Source: an uncultured Acidobacteriota bacterium
Lineage (GTDB): Bacteria > Acidobacteriota > Thermoanaerobaculia > UBA5066 > Gp7-AA6
Reading direction: 5' to 3'
Length of the DNA stretch: 64,000 nt
Assembly: GCA_963764025.1 (NCBI GenBank)
Contig: CAVXRK010000011.1
Coordinates: 320,999-384,998 of the forward strand
Part shown: piece by piece, positions 33,621 to 43,994 of the stretch
Position numbering within the stretch: position 1 is the stretch's first letter
How the letters are laid out: each line of letters opens with the position of its first letter
Translations under genes and position numbers: made by a program
Notes under the pieces: model-generated
What the model was told of the DNA's origin: nothing
The model's database searches: none
The model's input: only the letters and a program-made list of their open reading frames with translations

Positions 33621-34784
33621 CCGGGCGACCCGGACGGCCAGGAGGTGACCATGATCTCGGTGCCCTCGCTTCGGCTGAACCAGTTTGGAGTGCGGTTCTA
33701 CGAGGCCCTGCTCTCGGGCGCGGACCTGCAGTCCCTGGTCGGCTTCGAAGTCCTGTCCTTCGGCCCCGGCAGCGAAACAACCCGCGGAAAGGCCGCCAAG
33801 AAGGCCCCTCACGGACGGGTCAACTGGGAGTTCCTCGAAAAGCGGATCTCGGCGTCCGAGCAGGCTTTCCAGCGGCCGATCATCAAGAAGAAGATCGACG
33901 AGCTCGTCACCTACTACCTCCAGTGCGCCGACTCCGGGACCCTTCCCGCCATCCCCGGCAGCGTTCTCCTCGTTTCGGAGAAGCGGCTCGAGTACGCCCC
34001 GTCGGGCGGCCGGTCCGACGCCGGCTCGCTCAAGCTCCCGGAGGAGTCCGGCATCCTCCGGGCGCTCGACGGGCAGCACCGCCTCCTTGCCCTCCACCAG
34101 CTCGCCGAGAAGCACAGCCTGCGGGACTTCCAGGTGCCGGCCGTCGTGTTCGACAACCTGACGCCCGACCAGGTCGTCGAGCTCTTCGTGACGATCAACA
34201 GCAAGCACACGAAGCTGAACCCGTCGCACCTGATCTCGCTCGCCGGCCGGCGCCTCTACCGCGACGACAACCTCGCGGCCGCCCACGACGTCGTCCGGAC
34301 GCTCAACGAGGACGAGGGCTCGCCGCTGAAGGGCTCGATCAAGGTCCTCGGCATCGGCAAGGGCACGGTGACCCAGGCCTCGCTCGCCGACGAGCTGCGC
34401 GACGTGTTCGCCGCGATCGACACCGCCGGCGGGCGCGTGGCCCGGGAGTTCCGCGAGAACGCCCGCCGCTTCTTCCTGAACTACTTCAAGGCCGCCGCCC
34501 GGGCCTTCCCCGCGGCCTTCGCCGGACGCAAGTACTCGATCAAGAGCTCGACGTCGCTGCGCGCCTTCATCCGCATCGTCCCGTACGTGATCGCGATGGT
34601 CCGCAAGCGGGGCGGCGACGTCTGGTCCGCCGGCGAGCTCGACGCGGCGCTGCGCCCGTGGGCCGAGGCGATCGGCGACCGCCGCTTCGAGACCGACACC
34701 GTCTGGAAGGAAAAGCTGACGGGCGGAACGCGGTCCGGGGTCGAGATTCTGGCGCGGGAGCTGCGCCAGGGTCTGAACACCTGA
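33621..34784 (+). CDS. DGQHR-domain protein (DndB-like, ParB/Srx nuclease superfamily)
   Basis: AGGAGG SD. Hallmark LRALDGQHRLLALHQLAE motif. 387 aa. No dndACDE genes nearby. Confidence 0.75.
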   Translation, partial: PGDPDGQEVTMISVPSLRLNQFGVRFYEALLSGADLQSLVGFEVLSFGPGSETTRGKAAKKAPHGRVNWEFLEKRISASEQAFQRPIIKKKIDELVTYYLQCADSGTLPAIPGSVLLVSEKRLEYAPSGGRSDAGSLKLPEESGILRALDGQHRLLALHQLAEKHSLRDFQVPAVVFDNLTPDQVVELFVTINSKHTKLNPSHLISLAGRRLYRDDNLAAAHDVVRTLNEDEGSPLKGSIKVLGIGKGTVTQASLADELRDVFAAIDTAGGRVAREFRENARRFFLNYFKAAARAFPAAFAGRKYSIKSSTSLRAFIRIVPYVIAMVRKRGGDVWSAGELDAALRPWAEAIGDRRFETDTVWKEKLTGGTRSGVEILARELRQGLNT

Positions 34785-34837
34785 GCCTTTGAACTCTCGG
34801 GCCGAAAAAGCGTAATTAGAGGCGGAGGAAACGCGAT

Positions 34838-35422
34838 TTGGCCGCAATCGGAGGCTGCCTCGTCATCCTGCTCGTCGGCGCCGTCGTTTGCGCCATTTGG
34901 GCGATCTGGCGCTACAACAACCTCGTCTCGCTCCGCAACCAGGTCGCCAACGGCTGGAAGCAGATCGACGTCCAGTTGAAGCGCCGGCACGACCTCATCC
35001 CGAACCTCGTCTCGGCCGTGAAGGGCGAGATGCAGTTCGAGCAGGACACCCTCGAGAAGGTGATCCAGGCCCGCAACTCCGCCGTCGCCGCCCGGGGCGT
35101 CGCCGACGCCGCCGACAAGGAGAACGCCCTGACGCAGACCCTCTCGCGCCTCTTCGCCCTGGCGGAGAACTACCCGACGCTCAAGGCCAACGAGTCGGTC
35201 AAGACGCTCATGGAGGAGCTCTCGTCGACGGAGAACCGGATCGGCTTCGCCCGCCAGTTCTACAACGACATCGCGACGCGCTACAACACGTCCCAGCAGG
35301 TTTTTCCCGACAGCCTGATCGCGCAGGCGTTCAAGTTCCAGCCGGTCGAGCTCTTCGAGATCCAGGACGCCGCCGAGCGCGCGGTGCCGAAGGTGGACCT
35401 GAGCCTTCGCCCTCCGCAATAG
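34838..35422 (+). CDS. LemA family protein
   Basis: N-terminal TM then RYNNLVSLRNQVANGWKQIDVQLKRRHDLIPNLV...ENYPTLKANESVKTLMEELSSTENRIGFARQFYND. Confidence 0.85.
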   Translation: MAAIGGCLVILLVGAVVCAIWAIWRYNNLVSLRNQVANGWKQIDVQLKRRHDLIPNLVSAVKGEMQFEQDTLEKVIQARNSAVAARGVADAADKENALTQTLSRLFALAENYPTLKANESVKTLMEELSSTENRIGFARQFYNDIATRYNTSQQVFPDSLIAQAFKFQPVELFEIQDAAERAVPKVDLSLRPPQ

Positions 35423-35449
35423 GCCCCGGGTCTCCCCCGGGGGACTTCG

Positions 35450-36410
35450 ATGCCTCTCAATCTCTACGACCAGCAGAAGCGCAACATCGCGAACACGCGG
35501 ATGTTCATCGCCGGGTTCATCCTGCTCCTCGTCCTCGTCGGGCTCGGTGCCGACGGCATGCTCTACGCCGGCGGGGTTTCGCCGGGGCTGCCGATCGCCA
35601 CCCTCGGGGCCCTCTGCCTCGGAAGCTTCTCGGCATGGTGGTCCCTCCAGGGGGGCGACCGGGCCGTGATCGAATCGACGCGGGCCGTTCCCCTCGACCC
35701 TGCCGATCCCCGGCAGCGGGTCCTCGAAAACGTCGTCGAGGAGATGGCGATCGCGAGCCGGGCTGCCGAAGCCCGCGATCTACGTCATCCCGGACGGCGA
35801 CCCCAACGCCTTCGCGACGGGCATCGGCCCCGAGCGCTCCTCGATCGCGGTGACCCGGGGATTGCTCGAGAAGCTCGACCGCGACGAGCTCCAGGGCGTG
35901 GTGGCCCACGAGCTCTCGCACGTCCGCAACTACGACGTGCGATTGATGACCGTCGTCGCCGCCCTCGCGGGCGCGATCCTGCTGCTATCCGACTGGAGCC
36001 GCCGTGGCTTGCGGTTCGGGGGCCGCCGGGATTCCTCGGAGAAGGGCGGAGGCCTCGGCCTCCTCTTCGTCGCGCTCTGGCTGGTGTCGATCGTGCTCGC
36101 GCCGATCATCGCCCAGCTCGTGTCGCTCGCGGTCTCGCGCCAGCGCGAATACCTCGCCGACGCGTCCGGCGCGGAGCTGACGCGCAACCCCCTGGGCCTC
36201 GCGTCGGCGCTCGAGAAAATCGCCGCCTCGGTCGAGCCGACGCCCTCGATCAAGCAGGGCATCGCGCACCTGTGCATCGAGGATCCGCGCGGACGACCCG
36301 TCAACGGCCGGGAGGGCTTCGTCGCGAACCTCTTCGCGACCCACCCGCCCGTCGAGAAGCGGATCGCGGCGCTGCGGGAGATGGCGTACCAGTCGGCCGG
36401 ACGCGCCTAG
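35450..36410 (+). CDS. htpX: HtpX-like M48 zinc metalloprotease; +1 shift in a GGG run near 35765
   Basis: N-terminal TMs (MFIAGFILLLVLVGL). After the shift: LPKPAIYVIPDGDPNAFATGIGPERSSIAVTRGLLEKLDRDELQGVVAHELSHV (HExxH)...REYLADASGAELT. Confidence 0.75.
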
Positions 36411-36438
36411 CCTCCCGAGCTGGCGCCCGGCCCGGAGG

Positions 36439-36729
36439 TCAATCGAGGTCGATGTCGCGAACGGGCTTCGAGGTGTCGCCCTTCGTCTTCTCGAACAGCT
36501 CCTGGAACTTGCGGTTGAGGACTTCCTTCTTCGACTTCTCCGCTTCGACGGAGGCCGCGAACTTCTTCTCGCGCTCCTCGTCCTGGCCCTTGAGAGCCCC
36601 GATCGCGTCGTCGACCGAGCCGAACTTGCGCGGGACCTTCGGCGCCTCGTGGGCGACGACCGCCTTGAGGTCGGCGTCGACCTTGAGGCGCGCGTTGCAG
36701 CAGGGGCAGAGAACGTCGAAATCCATCAC
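36439..36729 (-). CDS. small zinc-ribbon-like hypothetical protein (CPCC, Lys/Glu-rich tail)
   Basis: MMDFDVLCPCCNARLKVDADLKAVVAHE.... Uniformly high GC3 codon usage argues for a real gene. Confidence 0.5.
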   Translation of the reverse strand: MMDFDVLCPCCNARLKVDADLKAVVAHEAPKVPRKFGSVDDAIGALKGQDEEREKKFAASVEAEKSKKEVLNRKFQELFEKTKGDTSKPVRDIDLD

Positions 36730-36736
36730 GCCGAGT

Positions 36737-37150
36737 CTATTCCGAGTCGCCCCGCTTGTGGCGGATCCGGTCGCGCCGGGCCCGCTTGTCGGGGCGCCCG
36801 GCGTTCCGGCGCGGCGCGAGCAGCCGGTCGAGCCGCCGGGCCTCGAGAACCTCGGGCGGCGGCGCCGGGGTCACGTCCTCGTACAGCGTGCGCGCCGCGG
36901 CCTTCGGAATCGAGCGGTCGGCCAGGCCCTTCACGACGAGCTCGCGCCGCATGCCCGAATCGTCGCGCGCCGCCAGCCCGATGCGGTCGCCCGGCCGGAC
37001 CTCCCGATGCGCCTTGGCTCGCGACCCGTTGACGTCGACCTTCCCGCCCTCGCAGGCCTCCTTCGCCTGGCTGCGCGTCGGAAAGACGCAGGCGACGTCG
37101 AGCCACACGTCGAGACGGACGGCCGCGAGGGGCTCGGGCTCGCCCTTGCC
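36737..37150 (-). CDS. S4-domain RNA-binding protein (Hsp15/RlhA-like); start uncertain (possible TTG)
   Basis: S4 motif VRLDVWLDVACVFPTRSQAKEACEGGKVDVNGSRAKAHREVRPGDRIGL. The long N-terminal extension in the ORF is likely spurious. Confidence 0.55.
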   Translation of the reverse strand, partial: GKGEPEPLAAVRLDVWLDVACVFPTRSQAKEACEGGKVDVNGSRAKAHREVRPGDRIGLAARDDSGMRRELVVKGLADRSIPKAAARTLYEDVTPAPPPEVLEARRLDRLLAPRRNAGRPDKRARRDRIRHKRGDSE

Positions 37151-37154
37151 CAAG

Positions 37155-38114
37155 CTACGCGCTCCGGGAGGCGCCGCGGCGGGACTCGAACCAGGCCTTG
37201 AGCTCCGGCGAAGCCGCCGGGGGCTCGGCCGCGGGCCGCGCCAGGAAATACCCCTGCGCGGCGGCGACACCCTCCGCGGCGCAGACGTCGAGGTCCTCGG
37301 CCGACTCGACGCCCTCCGCGATCAGCCGGAACGCGAACTCGCGCGAGAGGTCGGCGAGAAATTTGAGGATCGCCCGCCGGCGCGGGTCGGTTGCGATCCC
37401 CCGCGTCACCTCGCTGTCGACCTTGATGAACTCGGGCTGCAGGGCGTGGCAGAGCTGGAGCGTGCCGTAGCCGGAGGTCACGTCGTCGAGGGCGATCACC
37501 GCGCCGAGATCGCGCGGTACCACGAGGGCGGTCGAGAGGCCGGCGGCAGCCGGCAGGGTCTCGACCTCCACGATGTCGAGCACGAGGCGGGAAAACGAGA
37601 CGCCTCGCCGGTCCGCCTCCTCGCCGAGCGCGGAGAGGGCGTCCTCGGACCGGCCGATCAGGCGAGGATTGACGTTCAGGAACACGAGGGCGCTCTCGGG
37701 CAGCCGAGCGGCCGACTCGAGCACGCAGGCCCAGGCGAAGCGTTCGAAGGCCGGGGCGAGGTTCAACGCGTCGGCGGCCGGAAAGATCTCGGCAGCGAGC
37801 CGCATGATCCCCCGGCCCCGCGCCCGCAGGAGGCCCTCGTGGCCCAGGATGTCCCCGGTCTTCAGGTCGAAGATCGGCTGGAACTCGACGAAGAACTCCC
37901 CCGTCGAGAGCTCGTCGGCGAGCCAGAGCGCATCCACTTCGTGCCGCGCCCGCGGCAGCGGAGTCAGGCGGCTCATGGCGTCCCACTTGGTCTGCTGCAT
38001 GTCCTCGGGCGCGACGCGCACCCGCTCGGCGAGCGGACCGAGGACTTTGCTCAGCTCGTCGAGGAAGTGCTCGGGGGTCCGCTCCACGAGCAATCGACGG
38101 GCTCGGCCGTACAT
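37155..38114 (-). CDS. EAL-domain protein (c-di-GMP phosphodiesterase-like); start may lie further upstream, up to about 38270
   Basis: EFFVEFQPIFDLKTGDILGHEGLLRAR...FLNVNP...ALDDVTSGYGTLQLCHALQPEFIKVD...LIAEGVESAEDL...AQGYFLARP. Confidence 0.75.
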   Translation of the reverse strand: MYGRARRLLVERTPEHFLDELSKVLGPLAERVRVAPEDMQQTKWDAMSRLTPLPRARHEVDALWLADELSTGEFFVEFQPIFDLKTGDILGHEGLLRARGRGIMRLAAEIFPAADALNLAPAFERFAWACVLESAARLPESALVFLNVNPRLIGRSEDALSALGEEADRRGVSFSRLVLDIVEVETLPAAAGLSTALVVPRDLGAVIALDDVTSGYGTLQLCHALQPEFIKVDSEVTRGIATDPRRRAILKFLADLSREFAFRLIAEGVESAEDLDVCAAEGVAAAQGYFLARPAAEPPAASPELKAWFESRRGASRSA

Positions 38115-38305
38115 CGGGGCGCGGACCCAGCTCCGACCGAACGCCGCGGCGACCGCGCGCTCGGCTTCGACGCCGTCGGGCCGTACGAACACCGCGCGCG
38201 CTTTCCGCCAGCGATCAAGTCGGCCAAGGATCTGGCCGTCCAGAACGCTTCCGGATGCTTTCACCGATTCGATTGTACGTGCGGACGGGCCGCGCGGGAG
38301 AGCTT

Positions 38306-39841
38306 TTAACCGAGCTTGCGCAGACTCGGCCAAATCGCGCGGAGCGAGGCCTTCGGCTTCCGGCAAACCCAAACGTCGAAGTGCTGGTACGGCATCGAGT
38401 ACGGATGCTCCACGCGCCCCCCGTACTCGACGGATCCGAAGAGCTCCTCGAGGCGCGGCCGGTCGTCGTCGAAGACGATCAGGACCTGCGGGTCCTCGGC
38501 CGGCGGCCCCCACGCGTGGTACGCGAGGTGCCCGGAGAGGGCCGGTGGAAGCCCGAGACCCGGGCCATACATGTCGATGGCGCCGGCCTGTCCATAATTC
38601 TGCCCGAAGACCCGGGCGTGCGCCTGCTCCTCCGGAGGCAGGGCGTGGAAGATTTCGGCTGCCTTGCCCGCCATCTCCTTCCAGCCGAAGCGGTCGGCGA
38701 AGAGCTGCGGAAGCGGCCCCATGTGGTGAGTCTCGATGCGCGGCAGCTCCATCCCGATCGCGCGCGCGTAACGCACGTACGCCTCGGGCGGCAGGCACGG
38801 GAGGGAGAGGGGCGCGAGGAAGATCCCCGCGGCGGCGAGCAGCCCGGCGTATGCCGGCCGGATCCACGCGACACGACGGCTTCCGAGGAGCCGTTCCGCC
38901 GCCACTCCGCCCGCGGCGAAAAGCATCGGATACGCGGGCGCGAGGTAATAGACGCGGCCGTGCTTCGCCAGCAGGGTCCCGAGCACGACGAGGTAGACGA
39001 TCGCGAGTACCCGGTGCCGCCGCCCGTCGCGTCCGAAAAGGAGCCAGCCGAGGCCGCCGATCCAGAGCGGCGCCGAGAGCGGGAGGAGAAACTCGACCTG
39101 CTGCCCGAGGAAGGCGAGCGGCGAGAGCTCGACGTTCCGGCGGTTCTGCCGGATCGCCTCCTGGAGCTCGAAGAAGGGAAAGCCCTCGCGGACGTTCCAG
39201 GCGAGGTTCGGAAGGAAGACGAAGAAGGCGGCGGCCGCCCCGATCCAGACCCAGCGGCCCCTCAGGATCTCCCGCCCGCGGGCCGTCGCGACGAGCCCGA
39301 CGGCCACGCCGGCACCGAAGAGACCCATCGTGTGCTTGTTGAGCAGGCCGACGCCCGCGATCAGGCCGAAGGCGAGCCAGAGCCGCGGGTCCGCCCCGTC
39401 GAAGAGACGGACGAGGAGGATCCCGCACCCGGTCCAGAAGAGCGGCTCCCACGCGTTCATCGTCGAGAGGCTGTGAATCGCGAGGAAGATCGGCGCGACG
39501 GCGACGCCGATCGCCGAAAGGACCTGCGCCGACCGGCCGCCGCCGAGGTCCCGCGCGAGCACCCCCGTCAGCAGGACGAGCGCGGCGCCCGCGAGGGCCG
39601 GGAGGAGCCGGATGGCGAAGAGCGAGCCCGGCGCGATCGCCGTCACGAGGGCGGTGACCGCCGGATGGAAGGGCGGCATGTCGACGTAGCCCCACGCGAG
39701 GTGCTTCGCGCAGGCATTGAAGTAGAGCTCGTCGACGAAGTACTCGTAGCCGAAGCGGCCGGTCGTGAGCAGATGGGCCAGAAGCTTCACGGCGGCCACG
39801 AACCCGACCGCCGGGGCGAGGCGCTCTCCCCGATGCCGCAC
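38306..39841 (-). CDS. GT39/GT83-like (PMT/ArnT family) membrane glycosyltransferase
   Basis: 511 aa, polytopic. VDELYFNACAKHLAWGYVDMPPF...LNKHTMGLF match the dolichyl-phosphate-mannose-protein mannosyltransferase/ArnT fold. Confidence 0.65.
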   Translation of the reverse strand: MRHRGERLAPAVGFVAAVKLLAHLLTTGRFGYEYFVDELYFNACAKHLAWGYVDMPPFHPAVTALVTAIAPGSLFAIRLLPALAGAALVLLTGVLARDLGGGRSAQVLSAIGVAVAPIFLAIHSLSTMNAWEPLFWTGCGILLVRLFDGADPRLWLAFGLIAGVGLLNKHTMGLFGAGVAVGLVATARGREILRGRWVWIGAAAAFFVFLPNLAWNVREGFPFFELQEAIRQNRRNVELSPLAFLGQQVEFLLPLSAPLWIGGLGWLLFGRDGRRHRVLAIVYLVVLGTLLAKHGRVYYLAPAYPMLFAAGGVAAERLLGSRRVAWIRPAYAGLLAAAGIFLAPLSLPCLPPEAYVRYARAIGMELPRIETHHMGPLPQLFADRFGWKEMAGKAAEIFHALPPEEQAHARVFGQNYGQAGAIDMYGPGLGLPPALSGHLAYHAWGPPAEDPQVLIVFDDDRPRLEELFGSVEYGGRVEHPYSMPYQHFDVWVCRKPKASLRAIWPSLRKLG

Positions 39842-39851
39842 CGCCCGGCGC

Positions 39852-41948
39852 CTACTCCTGTTCGCCGAACCTCTTCAGGTCTTCCGGGCCCTCCCTCGTC
39901 GCAATCTGCTCCTTGCCCTGCACGGTCTCGCGAATCTGCTCGACGATGTCCGGATTGGCCAGTGTCGTGATGTCGCCCGTGGCCAGGTGATTGGAGATGG
40001 CGGAAAGGACGCGTCGCATGATCTTTCCGGATCGGGTCTTGGGCATGTCGGGGACGATGTGAACCATCTTGGGCCGCGCGATCTTGCCGATGATCGTCTC
40101 GAGCGCGGCGACGACCGAGTCGCGGATCTCCTTGCTGGCCGTGTAGCCGGGCTTCAACGCGATGTAGATCTCCGGAACGCGCCCCTTGATGTCGTCCATG
40201 ACCGGGACGACGGCCGCCTCGGCGACCTCCGGAACGGTCAGGCAGGCCGACTCGAGCTCCTTGGTGCCGAGGCGATGCCCCGCCACGTTGATGACGTCGT
40301 CCACGCGGCCGAGGATGCGGAAGTAGCCGTCGGCGGCGAGCACGGCCCCGTCGGCTGCGAAGTAGGGCCAGTCGCGCCAATCCTTGCTCCCGGGGTCCTT
40401 GCGGTACTTGGAGTAGTACTGGTTCACGAACCGGTCGCGGTCGCCCCAGATCGTCTGGATGATCCCCGGCCACGGGTTCCGGATGCAGATGTTGCCGGCC
40501 CGTCCGGTCCCCGCGCCGACCGCCTTGCCCTCCTCGTCGTAGATGACCGGGTAGATTCCGGGCACCCCGGGCCCGGCGCTTCCCGGCTTCATCCGGTCGA
40601 TCGCGGGCTTCGTGCTGCAGAGGAAACCGCCATTCTCGGTTTGCCACCAGGTGTCGACGATCACGGCCTCGCCCTTGCCGACGACGTCGTAGTACCACCT
40701 CCAGACCTGGGGCTCGATGGGCTCGCCGACCGTCGTCATGTGCTTGAAGCGGTAGTGATACTTCTTCGGCTCCTCGGGACCCGCCTTGCGCAGCATGCGG
40801 ATGGCCGTCGGCGACGTGTGGAAGATGTTGACGTCCAGGCGCTCCGCGATTCGCCACACGCGCCCCGCGTCGGGAAAGGTCGGAACCCCCTCGTAGATGA
40901 CCGAGGTCGCGGCGAGCGCGAGCGGACCGTAGACGATGTAGGAGTGGCCGGTGATCCAACCGATGTCCGCCATGCACCAGTACACGTCCTCCGGGTGGAT
41001 GTCCTGGATGTACTTGGACGTCCCCGTCACGTACGCGAGATATCCGCCCGTGCGATGCTGGCAGCCTTTGGGTTTTCCGGTGGTGCCGCTCGTGTACATC
41101 AGGAAGAGGGGCGCCTCGGAGTCCATCGGAACGGGATCGACGCGCTGGCCACGGTAGTTGCCGATGATCTCGTCCACGAAGAAGTCCCGGCCCTTGACCA
41201 TGGGCGTCGCGGACGAGCCCTTTCCGGGATACCGCCTCCACACCAGGACCTTGTCGATCGTCTGTCCGGCCGCTTCCGCCGTCGCGACGGCGATGTCGGC
41301 GGACGCCTTGTGATCGATCATCTTTCCGCTGCGGTAGTAGCCGTCCATGTAGATGAGCACGCGGCTGCCGGAATCGGCCGCGCGCAGGCCGCACGCTTCG
41401 CCGCTGAACCCTCCGAAGACGACGGAGTGGATCACGCCGAGGCGCGCGCACGCGAGCATGGTGATCGGCAGCTCCGCGAGCATCGGCATGTGAATCGTGA
41501 CGCGGTCGCCGGCCTTCAATCCCGCGAAGTCGCGCAGCAGCGCGGCGAACTCGTTGACCCGGACGTACAGCTCCTGGTACGTCACGGTGACGGGATCCTC
41601 TCCCTCCGGCTCCGGGACCGAGATCAGAGCCGCCTTGTTCTTGTGCTTCGCCAGGTGACGGTCCACGCAGTTGAAGGAAGCGTTGAGCTTGCCGCCCACG
41701 AACCATTTCCAGAACGGCGGGTCGCTGGTGTCGAGCACCGTGTCCCAGCGCCGGGACCACGTGAGCATCTCCGCGTACTCCTCGAAGCAGCGGGGAAAGT
41801 TCTTCTCCGCGAAGCGCTCGTTGACCGAGGGATCCTTCAGGTTGGCCTGCGCGACGAACCCGGCCGGAGGGTCGTAGTACTCCTCTTCCTTCCAGTGGAC
41901 CGCGATCTGCGCTTCGTTCGCCTCCGCCGTGGTCTTCAAATCCGTCAT
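39852..41948 (-). CDS. acs: acetyl-CoA synthetase (acetate--CoA ligase)
   Basis: ACAS_N region WKWFVGGKLNASFNCVDRHL. AMP motifs YTSGTTGKPKG, YWCMADIGWITGHSYIVYGP, TWWQTE. C-terminal PKTRSGKIMRR. 698 aa. Confidence 0.85.
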   Translation of the reverse strand: MTDLKTTAEANEAQIAVHWKEEEYYDPPAGFVAQANLKDPSVNERFAEKNFPRCFEEYAEMLTWSRRWDTVLDTSDPPFWKWFVGGKLNASFNCVDRHLAKHKNKAALISVPEPEGEDPVTVTYQELYVRVNEFAALLRDFAGLKAGDRVTIHMPMLAELPITMLACARLGVIHSVVFGGFSGEACGLRAADSGSRVLIYMDGYYRSGKMIDHKASADIAVATAEAAGQTIDKVLVWRRYPGKGSSATPMVKGRDFFVDEIIGNYRGQRVDPVPMDSEAPLFLMYTSGTTGKPKGCQHRTGGYLAYVTGTSKYIQDIHPEDVYWCMADIGWITGHSYIVYGPLALAATSVIYEGVPTFPDAGRVWRIAERLDVNIFHTSPTAIRMLRKAGPEEPKKYHYRFKHMTTVGEPIEPQVWRWYYDVVGKGEAVIVDTWWQTENGGFLCSTKPAIDRMKPGSAGPGVPGIYPVIYDEEGKAVGAGTGRAGNICIRNPWPGIIQTIWGDRDRFVNQYYSKYRKDPGSKDWRDWPYFAADGAVLAADGYFRILGRVDDVINVAGHRLGTKELESACLTVPEVAEAAVVPVMDDIKGRVPEIYIALKPGYTASKEIRDSVVAALETIIGKIARPKMVHIVPDMPKTRSGKIMRRVLSAISNHLATGDITTLANPDIVEQIRETVQGKEQIATREGPEDLKRFGEQE

Positions 41949-42158
41949 GATTCGTCTCCCTCTGGCCGCGTCGGTCCGTGAGCGGCTGACGTCATTACGG
42001 CTTTCGTCGAAGGTTGCTTCTCTCCGCCTTCGCCTCGAAGCCCGCCCGCATCTTATTGCAGTCCCCGCCGGCGGCGGACCGGTGGCGGCCGATGCATTAC
42101 GATCCCCGGGAAGGCCCGGGCGGAACTCGGGGAAGCTGATCCGCCCCTGGAGGTCCCC

Positions 42159-43988
42159 ATGGAAGGCAAGTCGGGTTTACCGGAGCTCATGGATCCGGCG
42201 GCCTTCCTGCGGACCGTGCACCCGTTCGACGGCCTGCCGCCCGAGGCCTTCGCGAAGGCGGCCCGTCGGCTCGAGATCGGCTATTACCCCCGGGGAACCC
42301 GTCTCGTTTCCACGGGCGGCGAGCCGAGCAAGGCCCTCTGGATCATCCGCAAGGGCGCCGTTCGCCTCGATCGACACGGTCAGACGGCGGCCACGCTCGA
42401 GGAGGGCGACGTTTTCGGGTATCCGTCCATCCTCTCGGGAAAGGGATCATTCGACGTATTCGCGGAAGAGGAGTTGCTCGCCTACCTCCTTCCGGAAGAT
42501 GTCTTTCGCGAGCTGCTCGCCGAGCCCGCCTTTGCGAGGTTCTTCACGCTGGCGCTCGCCTCCCGCCTGCGCCACTCGCTGCCCCGGCCTTCCGAGACCG
42601 ACCCGTCGGTCGACTTCAACCGGCCCATTGGAGACCTGCTCTCGCGAGGTCCGGTGACGATCGCGGCTTCGGCGACCGTCGGGGACGCGGCCCGCCGGAT
42701 GCGGGACGAACAGATCAGCTCCATCCTGGTCGAGGCGGACACCTGGGGCATCGTCACCGACCGGGACCTGAGGAGTCGGGTGCTGGCGGAAGGCCGCGGG
42801 GCGGATCTCCCGGTTCGCGACGTCGCGAGCTTTCCGCTCCGGACCGCGCCCGCCGAAACACCCGTCTACGGCGCCTGGCTGACGATGCTCGAAGAAGGGA
42901 TCAACCACCTTCCGGTCACCCGCGACGGCCGCATCGTCGGCGTTCTGACCGACACGGACCTGCTGCGCCACCACACGCACGGCCCGCTCTTCGCGTTCAA
43001 GCGAGTCCAAAGGCTGCCCGGCCGATCCGCCCTCGGGGGGTATTCGGAGGACCTCCATCGCATGGCCGAGGTCCTGCTCTCGAGCGGGCTCGACGCGATT
43101 CCAATCGCCCGCCTCGTGTCGCGGGTCAACGACGCCCTCGTCGAAAAGATCCTGGAGTGGGCGCGTGCCGACCTGGGCGAGGCGCCTCAACCATTCGCCT
43201 GGATCTGCTTCGGCTCGGAAGGACGGTACGAGCAGACGTTGCTGACCGATCAGGACAACGCGATCATCTGGGAGACCGAGTCGCCGGAGGCCGTCGCCTA
43301 CTTCGAGGCCCTGGCCGAGCACGCCGTCAACGACCTGAAGGCGGCGGGGTTCCCCGCGTGCCCCGGCGGATACATGGCCACCCGGTGGCTCGGCCCCCTG
43401 GAGCAATGGGAAAACCGGTTCCGCGCCTGGATCGAGGAACCCGAGCCGGAGGCCCTGCTGCGGTCCTCGATCTTCTTCGACCTGCGACGCGTCGCGGGCG
43501 ACCTGAGCCTGGACCCGATCGCCGAGATCCTGAAGACCGCCCCTTCCCATGCGCCTTTTCTCGCCCGTCTCGCCTCCGTGGCCCTCGAGTTTCGACCGCC
43601 GCTGACCCTCTTCCGGACCGTGCGGGAGGAGGAAGGGGGCGTCGATCTGAAAAAGGGGGGCCTGATGCCGATCTCGGGTCTGGCCCGGGCCTACGGGCTG
43701 CAGTGCGGCTCGAGCGCCACCAACACGCTCGATCGGCTCCAGGACGCCTCGGCGTCGGGCCTCCTCCCCGAGGAAGACGCGGAAAACCTGCGAGAGGCCT
43801 ATCGCTTTCTTCTCCAGCTCCGGCTCAAGAACCAGCTTCGAGACCTGGACGCCGGTTACCCTCCCGGCAACCGGGTGGCGCTCGAGTCGCTGTCGCCCAT
43901 GGAACGCCGACAACTGAAGGACGTCTTCCAGGCCCTCTCCGACTTTCAGGACGCGGCCGCCTTTCACTTCCACACGGCCGAGCTGTAG
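42159..43988 (+). CDS. cNMP-binding + tandem CBS + DUF294 (putative nucleotidyltransferase) signal-transduction protein (COG2905-like)
   Basis: cNMP domain (YYPRGTRLVSTGGEPSKALWIIRKGAVRL...EEGDVFGYPSIL). CBS pairs. ICFGSEGRYEQTLLTDQDNAII (nucleotidyltransferase motif). Confidence 0.8.
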   Translation: MEGKSGLPELMDPAAFLRTVHPFDGLPPEAFAKAARRLEIGYYPRGTRLVSTGGEPSKALWIIRKGAVRLDRHGQTAATLEEGDVFGYPSILSGKGSFDVFAEEELLAYLLPEDVFRELLAEPAFARFFTLALASRLRHSLPRPSETDPSVDFNRPIGDLLSRGPVTIAASATVGDAARRMRDEQISSILVEADTWGIVTDRDLRSRVLAEGRGADLPVRDVASFPLRTAPAETPVYGAWLTMLEEGINHLPVTRDGRIVGVLTDTDLLRHHTHGPLFAFKRVQRLPGRSALGGYSEDLHRMAEVLLSSGLDAIPIARLVSRVNDALVEKILEWARADLGEAPQPFAWICFGSEGRYEQTLLTDQDNAIIWETESPEAVAYFEALAEHAVNDLKAAGFPACPGGYMATRWLGPLEQWENRFRAWIEEPEPEALLRSSIFFDLRRVAGDLSLDPIAEILKTAPSHAPFLARLASVALEFRPPLTLFRTVREEEGGVDLKKGGLMPISGLARAYGLQCGSSATNTLDRLQDASASGLLPEEDAENLREAYRFLLQLRLKNQLRDLDAGYPPGNRVALESLSPMERRQLKDVFQALSDFQDAAAFHFHTAEL

Positions 43989-43994
43989 CCCGCC

